From NCBI GenBank assembly GCA_043228905.1, contig JBHGNT010000006.1:10044001-10108000 (forward strand): a stretch of DNA of 64,000 nucleotides. The letters are read 5' to 3'. The stretch is from Azolla caroliniana (lineage: Eukaryota; Plantae; Polypodiophyta). Under the pieces are notes generated by a model. It was given only the letters and a program-made list of their open reading frames with translations, made no database searches and was not told where the DNA came from. Made by a program: the position numbers and the translations under genes. Shown piece by piece: positions 63,470-64,000 of this stretch (position 1 is its first letter; each line of letters opens with the position of its first letter).

Positions 63470-64000
63470 TGTTGGAGACAAGGCCGTGTCGATGCGGAAG
63501 ATCTAATAGCATTCGATTAGGGTTGAGTACCTGCGTATGACAGAATCATAGATCGTGCACAGAGATAGAGAGAGAGAGAGAGGAGGCACAAAGACTCTTT
63601 CTATCAGATAGAAAAGTAATACAACCAACCTTACAAAAAGGTTACAAGGTCACTTTATATAGTGACCGACTTAGGGCAACTCCCGTTTATGCTAATTACA
63701 CAAATGGCCCAAACTTGAGCTATACAAAAGGGATAGTGTGAATACGTCCATTATACACTTGTATTCGACACTCCCCCGTAATGGGCGTATACATGGGTTA
63801 TCTAAGATTACAGGTATAAACCTAGGTTCTCGGACATATCAGTTTTGTTCGAGTCGGCAGGGTCCGAAGGCAGAAGACCGAACTGGTCGGGTCGGAAGAG
63901 TTGAAGCCGATCATTAAGGAACTGATGTCGGTTGTCGGAAACCATCCTGTGCTGTGTCCGGCTCTAACCGGACTGGTTTGTCGTTACGCCCATCTGATGC
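63470..64000 (-). mobile_element. LTR element H: 3' LTR 63470-63770 and PPT; continues beyond the window
   Basis: Gag F homology stops at TGTTGGAGAC. The 301-bp segment ends TTCGACA and is followed by CTCCCCC (PPT GGGGGAG on the - strand); TATA-like CTATATAAAG on the - strand. Confidence 0.75.

Overview
This is eukaryotic, intron-containing land-plant DNA, most likely from a non-seed plant such as a fern (inferred from the Marchantia-type delta-5 desaturase and the TE families). It has two host genes: a PHR2-type photolyase/blue-light receptor (+, 1707-5944) and a 13-coding-exon cytochrome-b5-fused front-end delta-5 fatty-acid desaturase (-, 34746-39173). Most of the rest is two piles of nested retrotransposons whose boundaries can be read from LTR ends and target-site duplications (TSDs). 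Nest 1 (9933-30249) is Copia A, which contains Copia B and Athila-like Gypsy C; Gypsy C in turn contains solo LTR D. Nest 2 (42883 to window end) is an L1 LINE with a solo LTR, LTR J, Copia I, fragment K, an RTE-like LINE end, Gypsy E, Gypsy F (same family as C), a very young intact chromovirus G and element H. A hAT MITE and a 100-N assembly gap are also present. The most striking signal is that Gypsy C has no polypurine tract; in its place is a sense copy of a tRNA-Arg 3' end including CCA, which suggests tRNA-primed plus-strand synthesis. Other highlights are a five-unit stem-loop array in the leader of G, TG...TA LTR ends in G, two independent insertions about 10 bp apart at the homologous site of C and F, and three repeated exitron-like modules in PHR2. 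All alignments and counts were done by eye.
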